64,000 bases of DNA. Origin: a bacterium. Its GTDB lineage: Bacteria > Chloroflexota > Dormibacteria > Aeolococcales > Bog-877. Positions 1 to 8,994 of this stretch are shown piece by piece (within the stretch, counting starts at the first letter, position 1; every line of letters begins with the position of its first letter). Location of the stretch: contig JAKATL010000001.1 in the NCBI GenBank assembly GCA_021827985.1, forward strand, positions 45,108-109,107, written 5' to 3'. The position numbers were made by a program, and so were the translations under genes. The notes under the pieces are model-generated. The model did not search any database. It was given only the letters and a program-made list of their open reading frames with translations, and had not been told where the DNA came from.

Positions 1-845
1 TCTCCAAAGCCCGGCGCCTTGACAGCGCATGCGCTCACCGTCCCCCGCATCCGGTTGACCACCAGGGTGGCGAGAGCCTCCCCCTCAAGGTCCTCGGCCA
101 CCAGAAGGAGGGGCCGGGCCGCGTTGACCGCCAGCTCCAGGGCGGGAAGCAGATCCTTGACCGCGGAGATCTTCTTGGTGGTGATGAGGACCAAGGAGTT
201 CTCCAGCACCGCCTCCATGCTCTTCTGGTCGGTCACCAGGTAGGGAGACACCCAGCCCCGGTCGAACTGCATGCCCTCCACCACCTCGATCTCCGTCTCC
301 AGGCTGGAGCCTTCCTCCACCGTGATCACGCCATCGGCCGTCACCTTCTCCATGGCCTCGGCGATCATGGCCCCGACCTCGTGGCTGCCACTGGAGACGG
401 TGGCCACCCTCTCGGTGTCCGTGCGCCCCTCAAGCGGCCGGCTCAGGCGGTCGAGCTCGCCAAGTACGGCGCCCACCGCCTGGTCCATCCCCCGCTTCAG
501 AGCCATCGCCGAAGCCCCCGACTGGAGGTTGTGCAAGCCCTCACGAAGCATGGCCTCAGCCAGCACCGCAGCGGTGGTGGTACCGTCGCCGGCTCGGTCG
601 TTGGTGCGCTTGGAGGCCTCCGCCAGCAGCTGCGCTCCCATGTTCTCGAAGTGGTCCGCGAGCTCCAGGTCGCGCAGGATCGTCGCCCCGTCGTTGCTCA
701 CCTGCGGGCTGCCGTACTTGCGGTCCAGGACCGCCGCCCGGCCTCTCGGACCGAGGGTGGGCCGCACCACCTGCGCCGCCTGAGCCGCGCCCCGGAGCAG
801 GGCCTCCCGGGCGGCGTCGTCGAACTTGAGCTGCTTGGCTGTCAA
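1..845 (-). CDS. groEL: Chaperonin GroEL, 5' part only (runs off the window), divergent
   Basis: Translated by hand from TTG at 845 (GGAGG upstream): MTAKQLKFDDAAREALLRG...TLGPRGR...FENMGAQL...AGDGTTTA...EGMQFDRG...AVKAPGFG. Not in the ORF track because it has no stop in the window. Confidence 0.95.
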   Translation of the reverse strand, partial: MTAKQLKFDDAAREALLRGAAQAAQVVRPTLGPRGRAAVLDRKYGSPQVSNDGATILRDLELADHFENMGAQLLAEASKRTNDRAGDGTTTAAVLAEAMLREGLHNLQSGASAMALKRGMDQAVGAVLGELDRLSRPLEGRTDTERVATVSSGSHEVGAMIAEAMEKVTADGVITVEEGSSLETEIEVVEGMQFDRGWVSPYLVTDQKSMEAVLENSLVLITTKKISAVKDLLPALELAVNAARPLLLVAEDLEGEALATLVVNRMRGTVSACAVKAPGFG

Positions 846-875
846 GGGTCACGCCTCCATGCTTAACTCGCGAGG

Positions 876-901
876 GCCGCGGCCCCACCGGGGGCCGCGG
901 C
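876..901. other. Perfect 11-bp stem-loop between groES and groEL (possible mRNA stability element)
   Basis: GCCGCGGCCCC-accg-GGGGCCGCGGC. Confidence 0.55.
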
Positions 902-909
902 GCACGATC

Positions 910-1221
910 TCAGCCCTTGCCGTTGGGCGAGACCACCGCCAGGACGTCACGCTCCGACAGGATGAGGTACTCCTGGTCATCGATCTTGATCTCGGATCCC
1001 GCATACTTCGCGTAGATCACCCGATCCCCAACCTTGACGTCGAGCTCCACCCGCTGCCCGGTCTGCTCGTTGTACTTGCCGTTCCCTACGGCCTCGATCA
1101 GCCCCTCCTGGGGCTTCTCCTTGGCGGTGTCGGGAAGCACGATGCCACTCTTGGTGGTCTCCTCGCGCTCCAGGGGCTTCACCACCACACGGTCGGCCAG
1201 GGGACGAAGCTTGAGGCTCAT
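910..1221 (-). CDS. groES: Co-chaperonin GroES
   Basis: MSLKLRPLADRVVVKP...TKSGIVLPDTAKEKPQEG...VGDRVIYAKYAG; ATG at 1221 follows AGGAGGAG. Confidence 0.98.
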   Translation of the reverse strand: MSLKLRPLADRVVVKPLEREETTKSGIVLPDTAKEKPQEGLIEAVGNGKYNEQTGQRVELDVKVGDRVIYAKYAGSEIKIDDQEYLILSERDVLAVVSPNGKG

Positions 1222-1240
1222 GAGCACTCCTCCTTACCAT

Positions 1241-1267
1241 TTAGCACTCGCTCGGGGCGAGTGCTAA
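1241..1267. promoter_or_regulatory. CIRCE element (HrcA operator)
   Basis: Exact TTAGCACTC-N9-GAGTGCTAA upstream of groES. Confidence 0.97.
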
Positions 1268-1268
1268 C

Positions 1269-1298
1269 AGTCTAGCTCTTGAGCGGGGGACGGTGCAA
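1269..1298 (-). promoter_or_regulatory. Housekeeping-sigma promoter of groESL
   Basis: TTGCAC-N18-TAGACT on minus strand immediately upstream of CIRCE. Confidence 0.65.
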
Positions 1299-1425
1299 GC
1301 CGACCGTTCTGTGCCTGACGGCGCCGCACACCCCGATCTCCGATTGCTGAGGGGCGGAGGTGGGTCAGGGCGCCTGCGTGTCAGCGGCGGATGCGCCCGA
1401 CGGTTGGCGACGGGCGGGTCGGGCC

Positions 1426-2838
1426 TCAGGCGGAGATGGGCTCCATGGCCGGCTCCACAGCGGCTCTCTCCCCCAGACTCGCCTCCTCCAGAGTCCGTCC
1501 ACTCGGCTCTGGCAGCAGGAAGGTTACGAGGAAGCCGAGGCACGCGGTGGACGCGGCGATGAGCATGACCCCAGACAGGCCCAGAACACTGAGCACCAGT
1601 GGAAAGGTGAAGGTCCCTACGAAGGCACCCACCTTGCCCGTGCCGGCCGAGATCCCGTGCGCGGTGGTCCGGGCGGCCACCGGGTACAGCTCCGCCGGCA
1701 GCACGAAGGTGGTGGTGTTGGGGCCGAACTCCGTGAAGAAGTAACTCACTCCGAAGATCACCACAAAGGGCAGAACCTCGTGGGTGATCTTGGGGATCAC
1801 CCCGATCGCCAAGAAGGCCACCGCCATGGCCGCGAAGCCGATGAATTGCAGTCGCCGGTGGCCGATTCGGTCGATGTTGATGAACGCCACCACGTAGCCG
1901 GGAACGGCGAACAGGGAGAAGACCAGCAGGGTGAGTGCGGTGTCCTCGATCAGCCCGGCGTGCGGCGCGAGCGCCTTCAGCACCAGGGGTGACGAGATGC
2001 TATTTCCGTAGAACGTGTAGTCGAGCAGGAACCAGGAGCCGGCGGTGCCCGCCAGGAGCATGAGATACCGCGGGGTCGTGACCAGCTGCCGCAGGCTCAG
2101 CCGTGAGCGGGACCCGCGCGGAGCCCGGGTGGCGGCGGTCAGCTCCTCCCTGGTGTAGGTGCGCAGGGCCGCGGCGGCCTCCGCATCACGCCCCTGCACC
2201 TGGCTCATGTAGCGGGGGGACTCCGGCAGCCGCCGCCGCAGGTAGATGATTGCCAATGCGGGCAGCGCCCCCAGGCCCAGCATCAGCCGCCAGGCAATGT
2301 CGTGGGGCACCCCCACGGCCAGAATGACCAGAGCCACCAGGGGACCAGCCACCAAACCGAGAGCCTGCATGGAGAACACCATGCTCACCAGTCGCCCCCT
2401 GTCCTTGCGGTTCGAGTACTCGCTCATGATCACCGCGCTGACTGGGTAGTCGCCCCCGATACCCACCCCCAGAACGAACCGCCAGGCAATCAGCCAGACC
2501 AGGTTGGGCGAAAGAGCGCTGCCCACCGCGGCGACCGCCATCAGGGTGGCCTCCAGACCGTAAATGGCACGGCGCCCGAAGATGTCCGCGATCCTGCCGA
2601 AGATGGTCGCCCCGACCAGAGCGGCTATCAGGGCGGTGCTCCCCACCAGCCCGATCACGAAGACCGAGGGGTGGTACTCCTCCTTGAGCAGAGCCATCGC
2701 CACCCCGATGATGAACAGGTCGTAGGCGTCGGTGAAGAAGCCGGTCCCCGCCGTCAGCAGGACCCTCAGGTGGAAGCGCCCCAAAGGCGCCTCGTTGAGC
2801 GCCTCAGCCACCCCCTGACCGGCCGCGCCGTTAGCCAT
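1426..2838 (-). CDS. MFS transporter, phosphate:H+ symporter (Pho84/PHT1-like)
   Basis: GTGFFTDAYDLF, GIGGDYPVSAVIMSEY and EFGPNTTTF motifs typical of the PHS family; about 12 hydrophobic segments. Confidence 0.85.
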   Translation of the reverse strand: MANGAAGQGVAEALNEAPLGRFHLRVLLTAGTGFFTDAYDLFIIGVAMALLKEEYHPSVFVIGLVGSTALIAALVGATIFGRIADIFGRRAIYGLEATLMAVAAVGSALSPNLVWLIAWRFVLGVGIGGDYPVSAVIMSEYSNRKDRGRLVSMVFSMQALGLVAGPLVALVILAVGVPHDIAWRLMLGLGALPALAIIYLRRRLPESPRYMSQVQGRDAEAAAALRTYTREELTAATRAPRGSRSRLSLRQLVTTPRYLMLLAGTAGSWFLLDYTFYGNSISSPLVLKALAPHAGLIEDTALTLLVFSLFAVPGYVVAFINIDRIGHRRLQFIGFAAMAVAFLAIGVIPKITHEVLPFVVIFGVSYFFTEFGPNTTTFVLPAELYPVAARTTAHGISAGTGKVGAFVGTFTFPLVLSVLGLSGVMLIAASTACLGFLVTFLLPEPSGRTLEEASLGERAAVEPAMEPISA

Positions 2839-2877
2839 CAGCGCTCGATCCCGATCTCGATATCCACCTCAGACCAT

Positions 2878-2911
2878 TGTTAACGCCCGAATACTAAGGG
2901 GGAGTTAAGGG
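2878..2911 (-). promoter_or_regulatory. Possible response-regulator (PhoP/PhoB-like) box upstream of the phosphate transporter
   Basis: AT-rich patch; minus strand CCTTAAC / CCTTAGT repeated at 11-bp spacing plus a further TTAACA. Confidence 0.3.
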
Positions 2912-2973
2912 CGCGTCACCAGGTCCTGACGCTCAAGTTGGGACGCCAACGCCGGGCCAGGCACAACCTGCGA

Positions 2974-3492
2974 TCAGCCGCATTGAAATTGGGCTCTGCC
3001 CTCATGGAGCGGGCCCGACGGACGTGCGATCACCTCGCCGACGCCGCCCAGCACCCGGACGCTCGCCCCCCCCTGGTGGGCACGAGAGACACAACTCCCG
3101 GTCGCTTCCGGCCACCCCTGGGTCCCCAGAGACCACGGCCACTCGGGAGCGACTTCGTGGGCTGGCAAGGTTCTGTTCCCTCCACCGGCCCGGTGTCGTA
3201 CTTCCCAGGTGCGAGGCGTTCGGCATTCCGCCAAGCCGCCGGCGGCAGGGTAGGCCAGGATCAGGTGCAGCTCCTCCGTGCTCAGCGCCCCTTGGGCCAT
3301 CCGAGCTCCGGCCGGCTGGTCCGGACCGGACCGGCGGGCCAACCGCTGATTTCGGACCGCCCCGATGCTGCGCTCCAAGAGCTTTCTGACGGTCGAGTCC
3401 ACCCTGGGCGCACTGGCTTCGCCGATTTCAGGAGGTGCCAATCCTCCCCGGGCCTTCCCCGCCTCGACCGAGGAGCGGTTGGCGGTCAGCAC
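2974..3492 (-). CDS. Hypothetical ORF, no recognisable family; may be spurious or a remnant
   Basis: Fills the gap between co-oriented genes; first half has coding-like G/C third positions; competing plus-strand ORFs exist. Confidence 0.25.
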   Translation of the reverse strand: MLTANRSSVEAGKARGGLAPPEIGEASAPRVDSTVRKLLERSIGAVRNQRLARRSGPDQPAGARMAQGALSTEELHLILAYPAAGGLAECRTPRTWEVRHRAGGGNRTLPAHEVAPEWPWSLGTQGWPEATGSCVSRAHQGGASVRVLGGVGEVIARPSGPLHEGRAQFQCG

Positions 3493-3614
3493 TCATCCCC
3501 GTCTGCTGACCATCTCCGATGGCCCGGATCGTCGCCTCCCCCAAGTGCTGCCGCGGCGGCAGTGCTCAAGGCGAACTGGTGGTGCAGCGCCTGACCTGTG
3601 TAGCCGCGCCGTGA

Positions 3615-5276
3615 CTAGCCGCTGTGGCGCAGCCGTTCCCTTAGCTCTGTGCGCCGGATCTTGCCGCTCACGGTTTTCGGCAGCTCCGCGACGAAGTGGA
3701 TCTCCCGGGGGTACTTGTAGGGGGCGGTGACCCGCCGCACGTGCTCCTGCAGGTCCCGCGCCAGCTCGTCCGAGGCCTGGTGTCCGGGGACCAGGATCAC
3801 GAAGGCGGTGACGATCTCGGTGCGCATCGGATCCGGCTTGCCCACCACGGCCGCCTCGGCCACCGCTGGGTGCTCGACCAGCGCCGACTCGACCTCGAAG
3901 GGGCCGATCCGGTAGGCGGAGGAGGTGATGACGTCATCGGCCCGGCTCTCGAACCAGAGGTAGCCGTCCTCGTCCCTACGGCCCCGGTCCCCGGTGAGGT
4001 ACCAATCACCGCGGAAGGAGGCAGCCGTGGCCTCGGGATCGCGGTAATACCCAGCGAACAGCCCCAGCGGGCGGCGCGGGGCGGCCCGCACCGCTATGTT
4101 CCCCTCCTCCCCCACCCCGAGCACCTCCCCATGGTCGTCGACCACGTCCACCTGGTACCCGGGAACCGGCTTCCCCATCGAACCGGGCCGGAGAGGGAGG
4201 CACCGGAAGTTGGCCACCACGTTGACCGTCTCGGTCTGGCCGTACCCGTCGTAAATGGGCAAGCCAACCCCCTCCCGCCACTGGCGGATGACCTCGGGGT
4301 TGAGCGGCTCCCCGGCGGCCACGCAATGGCGCAGCCGGGAGAGGTCGGGGCGGGTGAGGTCGGTGAGCACCAGGGAGCGGTAGATGGTGGGTGGGGCACA
4401 GAAGGTGGTGATCCCATAGCGAGCGATGATGTCCAAGAGGAGTTCCGGGTCCGGTTTGCCCATGTTCATCTGGACCACCGCCGCGCCCTCGGCCCACTGT
4501 CCGAACAGCTTTCCCCAGGCTGCCTTGGCCCACCCGGTGTCGGAGATGGTCCAGTGGAGATCGCCCGGACGCAGGTCCTGCCAGTAGCGTGCGGTGGCTC
4601 GATGGCCCAGCCCATAGCTGGCCTGGGTGTGCAGCACCATCTTGGGATGGGCCACGGTCCCCGAGGTGAAGTACAGGAGCATCGGGTCCGATGCCGCCGT
4701 GGGGTCAGTCGAGGTGGGAGCGTCCGCCGCCCGCTCCATGAGCGGCCCCAGCGACAACCAGCCATCTCCCGGGGGCCGACCCACAGCGATCCGGACTCTG
4801 AGCGAGGGCATTAGGTCGGCCACCTCGTCCAGCTTCGGCGCCTGCTGGCTGTCGCAGATCGCCGCCACCGCCTCTGCCCGGCTCACCCGGTAGGCGATGT
4901 CCCGGGCGGTGAGCTGAACCGTGGCCGGCATGGGCACCGCGCCGATCCGGATCGCCCCCAGGACCGCGAAATACCACTCGGGGATGCGGGGCAGGAGCAC
5001 GAACACACGGTCGCCGTGGCCCACCCCCAGAGCCCGCAGGGCATGGGCCACCCGGCGGCTGGCGGATGCCAGGTCCGAGAAGGAGTGCTCACCCATCACC
5101 TCACCGGCCGGCCCCAGGGAGAGAAGCGCCAGCTCGTCGGGCCGAGCGGCAGCCCGGGCCTCCAGGATGTCCAGCACGTAGTTGAAGCGCTCCGGCACCA
5201 GAGGTGGTGGGGCTGCCACCTCCGCTTCGTAGTCGACGAGGTTGGGCGGGCTGCCCCGGTCCGGTCTCTGACTCAC
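3615..5276 (-). CDS. Medium-chain acyl-CoA synthetase (AMP-binding, ACSM-like)
   Basis: YFTSGT..PKMV, YGQTET, TGDRG, RADDVI, GPFEVESAL, PKTVSGKIRR. Confidence 0.9.
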   Translation of the reverse strand: MSQRPDRGSPPNLVDYEAEVAAPPPLVPERFNYVLDILEARAAARPDELALLSLGPAGEVMGEHSFSDLASASRRVAHALRALGVGHGDRVFVLLPRIPEWYFAVLGAIRIGAVPMPATVQLTARDIAYRVSRAEAVAAICDSQQAPKLDEVADLMPSLRVRIAVGRPPGDGWLSLGPLMERAADAPTSTDPTAASDPMLLYFTSGTVAHPKMVLHTQASYGLGHRATARYWQDLRPGDLHWTISDTGWAKAAWGKLFGQWAEGAAVVQMNMGKPDPELLLDIIARYGITTFCAPPTIYRSLVLTDLTRPDLSRLRHCVAAGEPLNPEVIRQWREGVGLPIYDGYGQTETVNVVANFRCLPLRPGSMGKPVPGYQVDVVDDHGEVLGVGEEGNIAVRAAPRRPLGLFAGYYRDPEATAASFRGDWYLTGDRGRRDEDGYLWFESRADDVITSSAYRIGPFEVESALVEHPAVAEAAVVGKPDPMRTEIVTAFVILVPGHQASDELARDLQEHVRRVTAPYKYPREIHFVAELPKTVSGKIRRTELRERLRHSG

Positions 5277-5345
5277 CCTGGCACCTCCGATCGCACGGTC
5301 GCTGGGCCGAGCTTAGGCGGGAACGGACCTCACGTCAATCAGAGA

Positions 5346-6356
5346 TCAGGCTGCGTATGCCCGGAGCGCCGGATCGGCGTCCAACGGCCCCCTGTCGAAG
5401 CCCCGCATTCTGGAGCGGACCAGGCCCGCAGCCCCAATCATGGCGGCGTTGTCGGTGCACAGGGAGGGGGCCGGAATCACCACTCTGGCCACCTTGGCGA
5501 AGCGCTCGCGGACAGTCTCCCGGAGAAGTCCATTGCTGGCCACCCCACCCGCCACCACCACCTGGGAGACACCAGCGCTCTCTGCTGCGGCCTCCAGCTG
5601 GGCGACCAGCGTCTCCACCACGGCAAGCCGGAAACCGGCCGCAACGTCCGCTACCACTTGGGGATCCGTGGGGTCCAGCCCGCGCAGCAGGTACAGCACC
5701 GCCGTCTTCAGGCCGCTGAACGAGAAGTTGAAGTCGGGCAGCAGAGGCCGTGGCAGGCGGTACCGGCCGGGGTTGCCGGAACCGGCCGCCCGGTCGATCT
5801 CCGGCCCACCGGGGTAGGCCAGCCCCAGCATCCTGGCCACCTTGTCGAAGGCCTCGCCAGCCGCATCGTCGCGGGTGGCACCCATGAGCACAACGTCGTC
5901 GTCAGCCCGGTAATGAATGAGGTCCGTGTGCCCCCCGCTGACCACCAGGGCCACGAAGGGTGGCTCCAAGTCGGGCTCCGCGATCTTGGCCGCCAGGACA
6001 TGCCCGGTCATGTGGTTCACACCCACCAGGGGGAGACCGGTGGCCAGCGCCAGCCCCTGGGCGTAACTGACCCCCACAGCCAGGCAGCCGACCAGCCCCG
6101 GCCCCCTGGTGACCGCGATCCCGTCCACCCCGCGCAGGCCCCCTCGGATCGGCTCCAGCGCCTGGTCGACCACCCCCCCGAGCCGCTCGAGGTGCATCCG
6201 GGCAGCCAGCTCCGGCACCACCCCGCCGTAGCGGGCGTGGGCATGAGCCTGTGACGCTACGACTGAAGAGTGGATGGTCCAGTCGGACTCGACTACGGCC
6301 GCGGCGGTCTCGTCGCAGGAGGTCTCAATCGCCAGCAGCCTCACCGGCCGGGCCAC
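5346..6356 (-). CDS. tsaD: t6A synthase TsaD
   Basis: LAIETSCDETAAAV, GGVVPELAARMH, GPGL, HxxxH, SGGHT, FSFSGLKT, CTDNAAMI. Confidence 0.97.
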   Translation of the reverse strand: MARPVRLLAIETSCDETAAAVVESDWTIHSSVVASQAHAHARYGGVVPELAARMHLERLGGVVDQALEPIRGGLRGVDGIAVTRGPGLVGCLAVGVSYAQGLALATGLPLVGVNHMTGHVLAAKIAEPDLEPPFVALVVSGGHTDLIHYRADDDVVLMGATRDDAAGEAFDKVARMLGLAYPGGPEIDRAAGSGNPGRYRLPRPLLPDFNFSFSGLKTAVLYLLRGLDPTDPQVVADVAAGFRLAVVETLVAQLEAAAESAGVSQVVVAGGVASNGLLRETVRERFAKVARVVIPAPSLCTDNAAMIGAAGLVRSRMRGFDRGPLDADPALRAYAA

Positions 6357-6898
6357 CCCGGATCTGGGAGAGGGCCCAGCCCCTCAGCCTCAAGCGCTCC
6401 GGCGACCTCCAGGAAGTGGCCCTTGAAGCGCGGAGCATGGATGAGGTCCGACCACATGACGAGGGCGTCCTCTCCGTTGTCCGTGTAGTACCCGCGGCGT
6501 CGGCCCAGGACCCTGAACCCGAAGCCGTCGTACAGGTGGATAGCCACCTCGTTGCTGGGGCGCACCTCCAGGCTAATGAAGTTGGCACCCAGCTGATAGG
6601 CGCGGTTCACCAGCGCGCAGAACATCGCCCGCCCCACACCTTGCCCCTGTTCTGAGCGGCGCACCCCGATGGTGGTCACATGGGCCTCCTCACCGACCAC
6701 CCAGAGGCCGCCGTAGGCGGCAATCTGGTCATCTCGCCAGAGGCACTGATAATGGGCCGATCGGTTGCCGGTCAGCTCCCGGTGGTAGGCGTTTCCAGGC
6801 CAGGGAGACGGGAAGACATCGATCTCGATCTCCCGGACAGCAGGGATGTCCTGGATCTGCATCGGAGCCAGCCGCAGCCGCTGGGATATGAGGATCAC
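6341..6898 (-). CDS. rimI: Ribosomal-protein-alanine N-acetyltransferase RimI
   Basis: GNAT fold, LEVRPSN..AIHLY..FGF....RR.YY..GEDA; canonical position tsaB-rimI-tsaD. Confidence 0.9.
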   Translation of the reverse strand: MILISQRLRLAPMQIQDIPAVREIEIDVFPSPWPGNAYHRELTGNRSAHYQCLWRDDQIAAYGGLWVVGEEAHVTTIGVRRSEQGQGVGRAMFCALVNRAYQLGANFISLEVRPSNEVAIHLYDGFGFRVLGRRRGYYTDNGEDALVMWSDLIHAPRFKGHFLEVAGALEAEGLGPLPDPGWPGR

Positions 6899-7521
6899 CG
6901 CTCGGCTCCCACTCGGATCGCATAATCGGCGCTGACCTGATCGTACGGCACGCCAGGCCCCTCCGCGGCGACGGCGAGGCGGGCGAGGGCCTGCTCCAGG
7001 CCACGGACCGGGCGCAGTCGCCGGGGCTCGGCATCTGCAGGCACTACCGCATCCGGGTCGATGATCGCCGACGCTCCCAGCCAGGATCTCGACCTCTCCT
7101 GATCTCCGCTGAGCAGCTGGCTGGGGCCGTCCTCCGCCCAGCCCAACCCGGACGGGACGAACGGCTGACCCAGAATCCCACCGCGCCCAGCGCTGCGTAG
7201 GACCAGCACCCGCGCATCAACCGGGTCCACCGTCTCCGCCACCACCCGCAGGCTTCCGACCAGGTGTATGCGGATTCCTCTCCCTTGGGCGAACCCGAGC
7301 CCGGCCGCCAGCCCCGACCGGACGCCGATGTACGAACCGGGGCCGCGGGCCACCAGCACCGAAGACACCCGCGCCGGGGCCGACTTGAGCAGGTCCGCCA
7401 GAGATTCGTGGATGGAGCCGGCACCCCCGGCCACGACCCGGAACCCCACCACCTCACCCCCATCCGAGAGTACGACCAGACCGGCACCTCGGACCGAGGT
7501 GTCCAGCACCAGCTCAGCCAC
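6895..7521 (-). CDS. tsaB: TsaB
   Basis: LVLDTS...VARGPGSYIGVRSG; GTG start overlaps tsaE stop (GTGGCTGA). Confidence 0.88.
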   Translation of the reverse strand: MAELVLDTSVRGAGLVVLSDGGEVVGFRVVAGGAGSIHESLADLLKSAPARVSSVLVARGPGSYIGVRSGLAAGLGFAQGRGIRIHLVGSLRVVAETVDPVDARVLVLRSAGRGGILGQPFVPSGLGWAEDGPSQLLSGDQERSRSWLGASAIIDPDAVVPADAEPRRLRPVRGLEQALARLAVAAEGPGVPYDQVSADYAIRVGAER

Positions 7522-7957
7522 GGCCGAACTCCCGCGCGAGCTCCGCAGGCAGGCGCAGCCTGACGTGGCGGCGCCGCTCGTCCAGAAGCACCAACTCCAC
7601 CTCGCCCGTGTACCAGCCGGGGGTCGCCCGCTCCGCCCACTCCACCACCGCCGCCCCCTCCTCCAGGTGCTCGTCCAGACCAAGGGAGGCGAGGTCGACT
7701 CCGTCGGGCAAGCGGTACAGATCCAGGTGGTGGATGGTCACCCTACCTGGATGGATGGAGTGCAGAAGGAAGGTGGGGCTGCGGACATCCTGGTCTCCCC
7801 CGGCCCCAGCGACGATGCCCTGGACCAGAGTGGTCTTCCCAGCCCCCAGCTCGCCCCTCAGGGCAAGGCAGTCTCCCGGGCGCAGGCAGCGGCCCAGCCG
7901 AGCTCCCAGCGCTCGGGTCTCATCAGGGCCTTCGGAGACCAGCTGGATCTCTTTCAA
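7514..7957 (-). CDS. tsaE: TsaE ATPase
   Basis: GELGAGKTT, VRSPTF, HLDLYRL, VVEWAE; TTG start inferred. Confidence 0.95.
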   Translation of the reverse strand: MKEIQLVSEGPDETRALGARLGRCLRPGDCLALRGELGAGKTTLVQGIVAGAGGDQDVRSPTFLLHSIHPGRVTIHHLDLYRLPDGVDLASLGLDEHLEEGAAVVEWAERATPGWYTGEVELVLLDERRRHVRLRLPAELAREFGRG

Positions 7958-7965
7958 GACTGACC

Positions 7966-8994
7966 CTAGAAGTGCCGGAAGCCCCGGCCCGACAGCGCCA
8001 CCTCGGGCCCATCGGGGTGCTCCAGGAGGCGCACGCCGTCCCCCGGGCACACCGTTCCGACGACCGAGACGCCGGCTCCTCCCGACAGTGAACTGAGGTT
8101 CCGCGCCAGCGGTTCGGGGAGGCAGACGAGAAGCTCGTAGTCCTCTCCCCCCGCAGCACCCAGTTGGAGCAACTCCGCCGGAAAGAAGTGCTCCAACTCG
8201 TGCTCCAGCGGCAGGTGATCGGCCCAAAGCTCCAACTGGCACGAGCTGGCCGCCGCCAGCCGGGCGGCGTCGACCAGAAGTCCGTCACTCAGATCGGTCA
8301 TGGCGTGCGCTCCAGCGGCCCGGAGCCGCTGGCCCTCGGCGAGGCGGGCGACGGGAGCCACCAGGCGACGGCGCCAACTCTCCGGCGGGACCCTCCCAGT
8401 CTCCAGGAGACGGAGGGCAGCGGCAGCCCCACCCAGGCGCCCGGTGACCGCCACCAAGTCGCCGGGCAGGGCACCAGAGAGGCGCACCGCCTCGCCCGGG
8501 GGGCCGCTGCCCAGAACGGTGACGGCGATCGTCAGGGGGCCATCCGTGGAGCTGACGTCGCCCCCGGCCAGCAGCGCCCCGTCCCGGCGGGCTGCCTCCA
8601 CCATCCCCTCCTGAATGCCCAGAATGGTGCCCTCGAAGGTGTCGGGAGAACAGATCAGGCAGGCGACCCCGAGGTCGGCACGAAAACCCATCGCAGCCAG
8701 ATCCGAGGCCGCGGCACTCCAGGCCTTGACTCCCACCTCCCAGGGGCTCTGAAAGGAGCGCAGGAAGTCAACCCTCTCCACCAGCGAGTCCGTGGTGACG
8801 GCCAGCGCCCGTCCATCCAGATCCCAGACGGCAGCGTCATCGCCCGGCCCGACCGCCAGCCTCCCATCGCCGGTGGCCAGCCCCACCAGCGCCGCCAGCA
8901 ACCCCGTCTCACCGACTGCGCTGAGGCGCCGGCCGTGTGGCGGTGCCCAGCCGCGCTGATCCGGACGGGGCTCCGGGATGGCCGGTTCAGCCAA
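7966..8994 (-). CDS. thiL: Thiamine-monophosphate kinase ThiL
   Basis: GPGDDAAV, TTDSLVE.VDF, SDLAAMG, GGD, DLSDGL, GGEDYEL; TTG start overlapping thiG stop inferred. Confidence 0.92.
   Translation of the reverse strand: MAEPAIPEPRPDQRGWAPPHGRRLSAVGETGLLAALVGLATGDGRLAVGPGDDAAVWDLDGRALAVTTDSLVERVDFLRSFQSPWEVGVKAWSAAASDLAAMGFRADLGVACLICSPDTFEGTILGIQEGMVEAARRDGALLAGGDVSSTDGPLTIAVTVLGSGPPGEAVRLSGALPGDLVAVTGRLGGAAAALRLLETGRVPPESWRRRLVAPVARLAEGQRLRAAGAHAMTDLSDGLLVDAARLAAASSCQLELWADHLPLEHELEHFFPAELLQLGAAGGEDYELLVCLPEPLARNLSSLSGGAGVSVVGTVCPGDGVRLLEHPDGPEVALSGRGFRHF

Noticed and set aside
6001-6020. TsaD HMTGH instead of HLEGH
   Set aside because: Both metal-binding His and all other motifs are intact; a single substitution is not enough to claim altered function.
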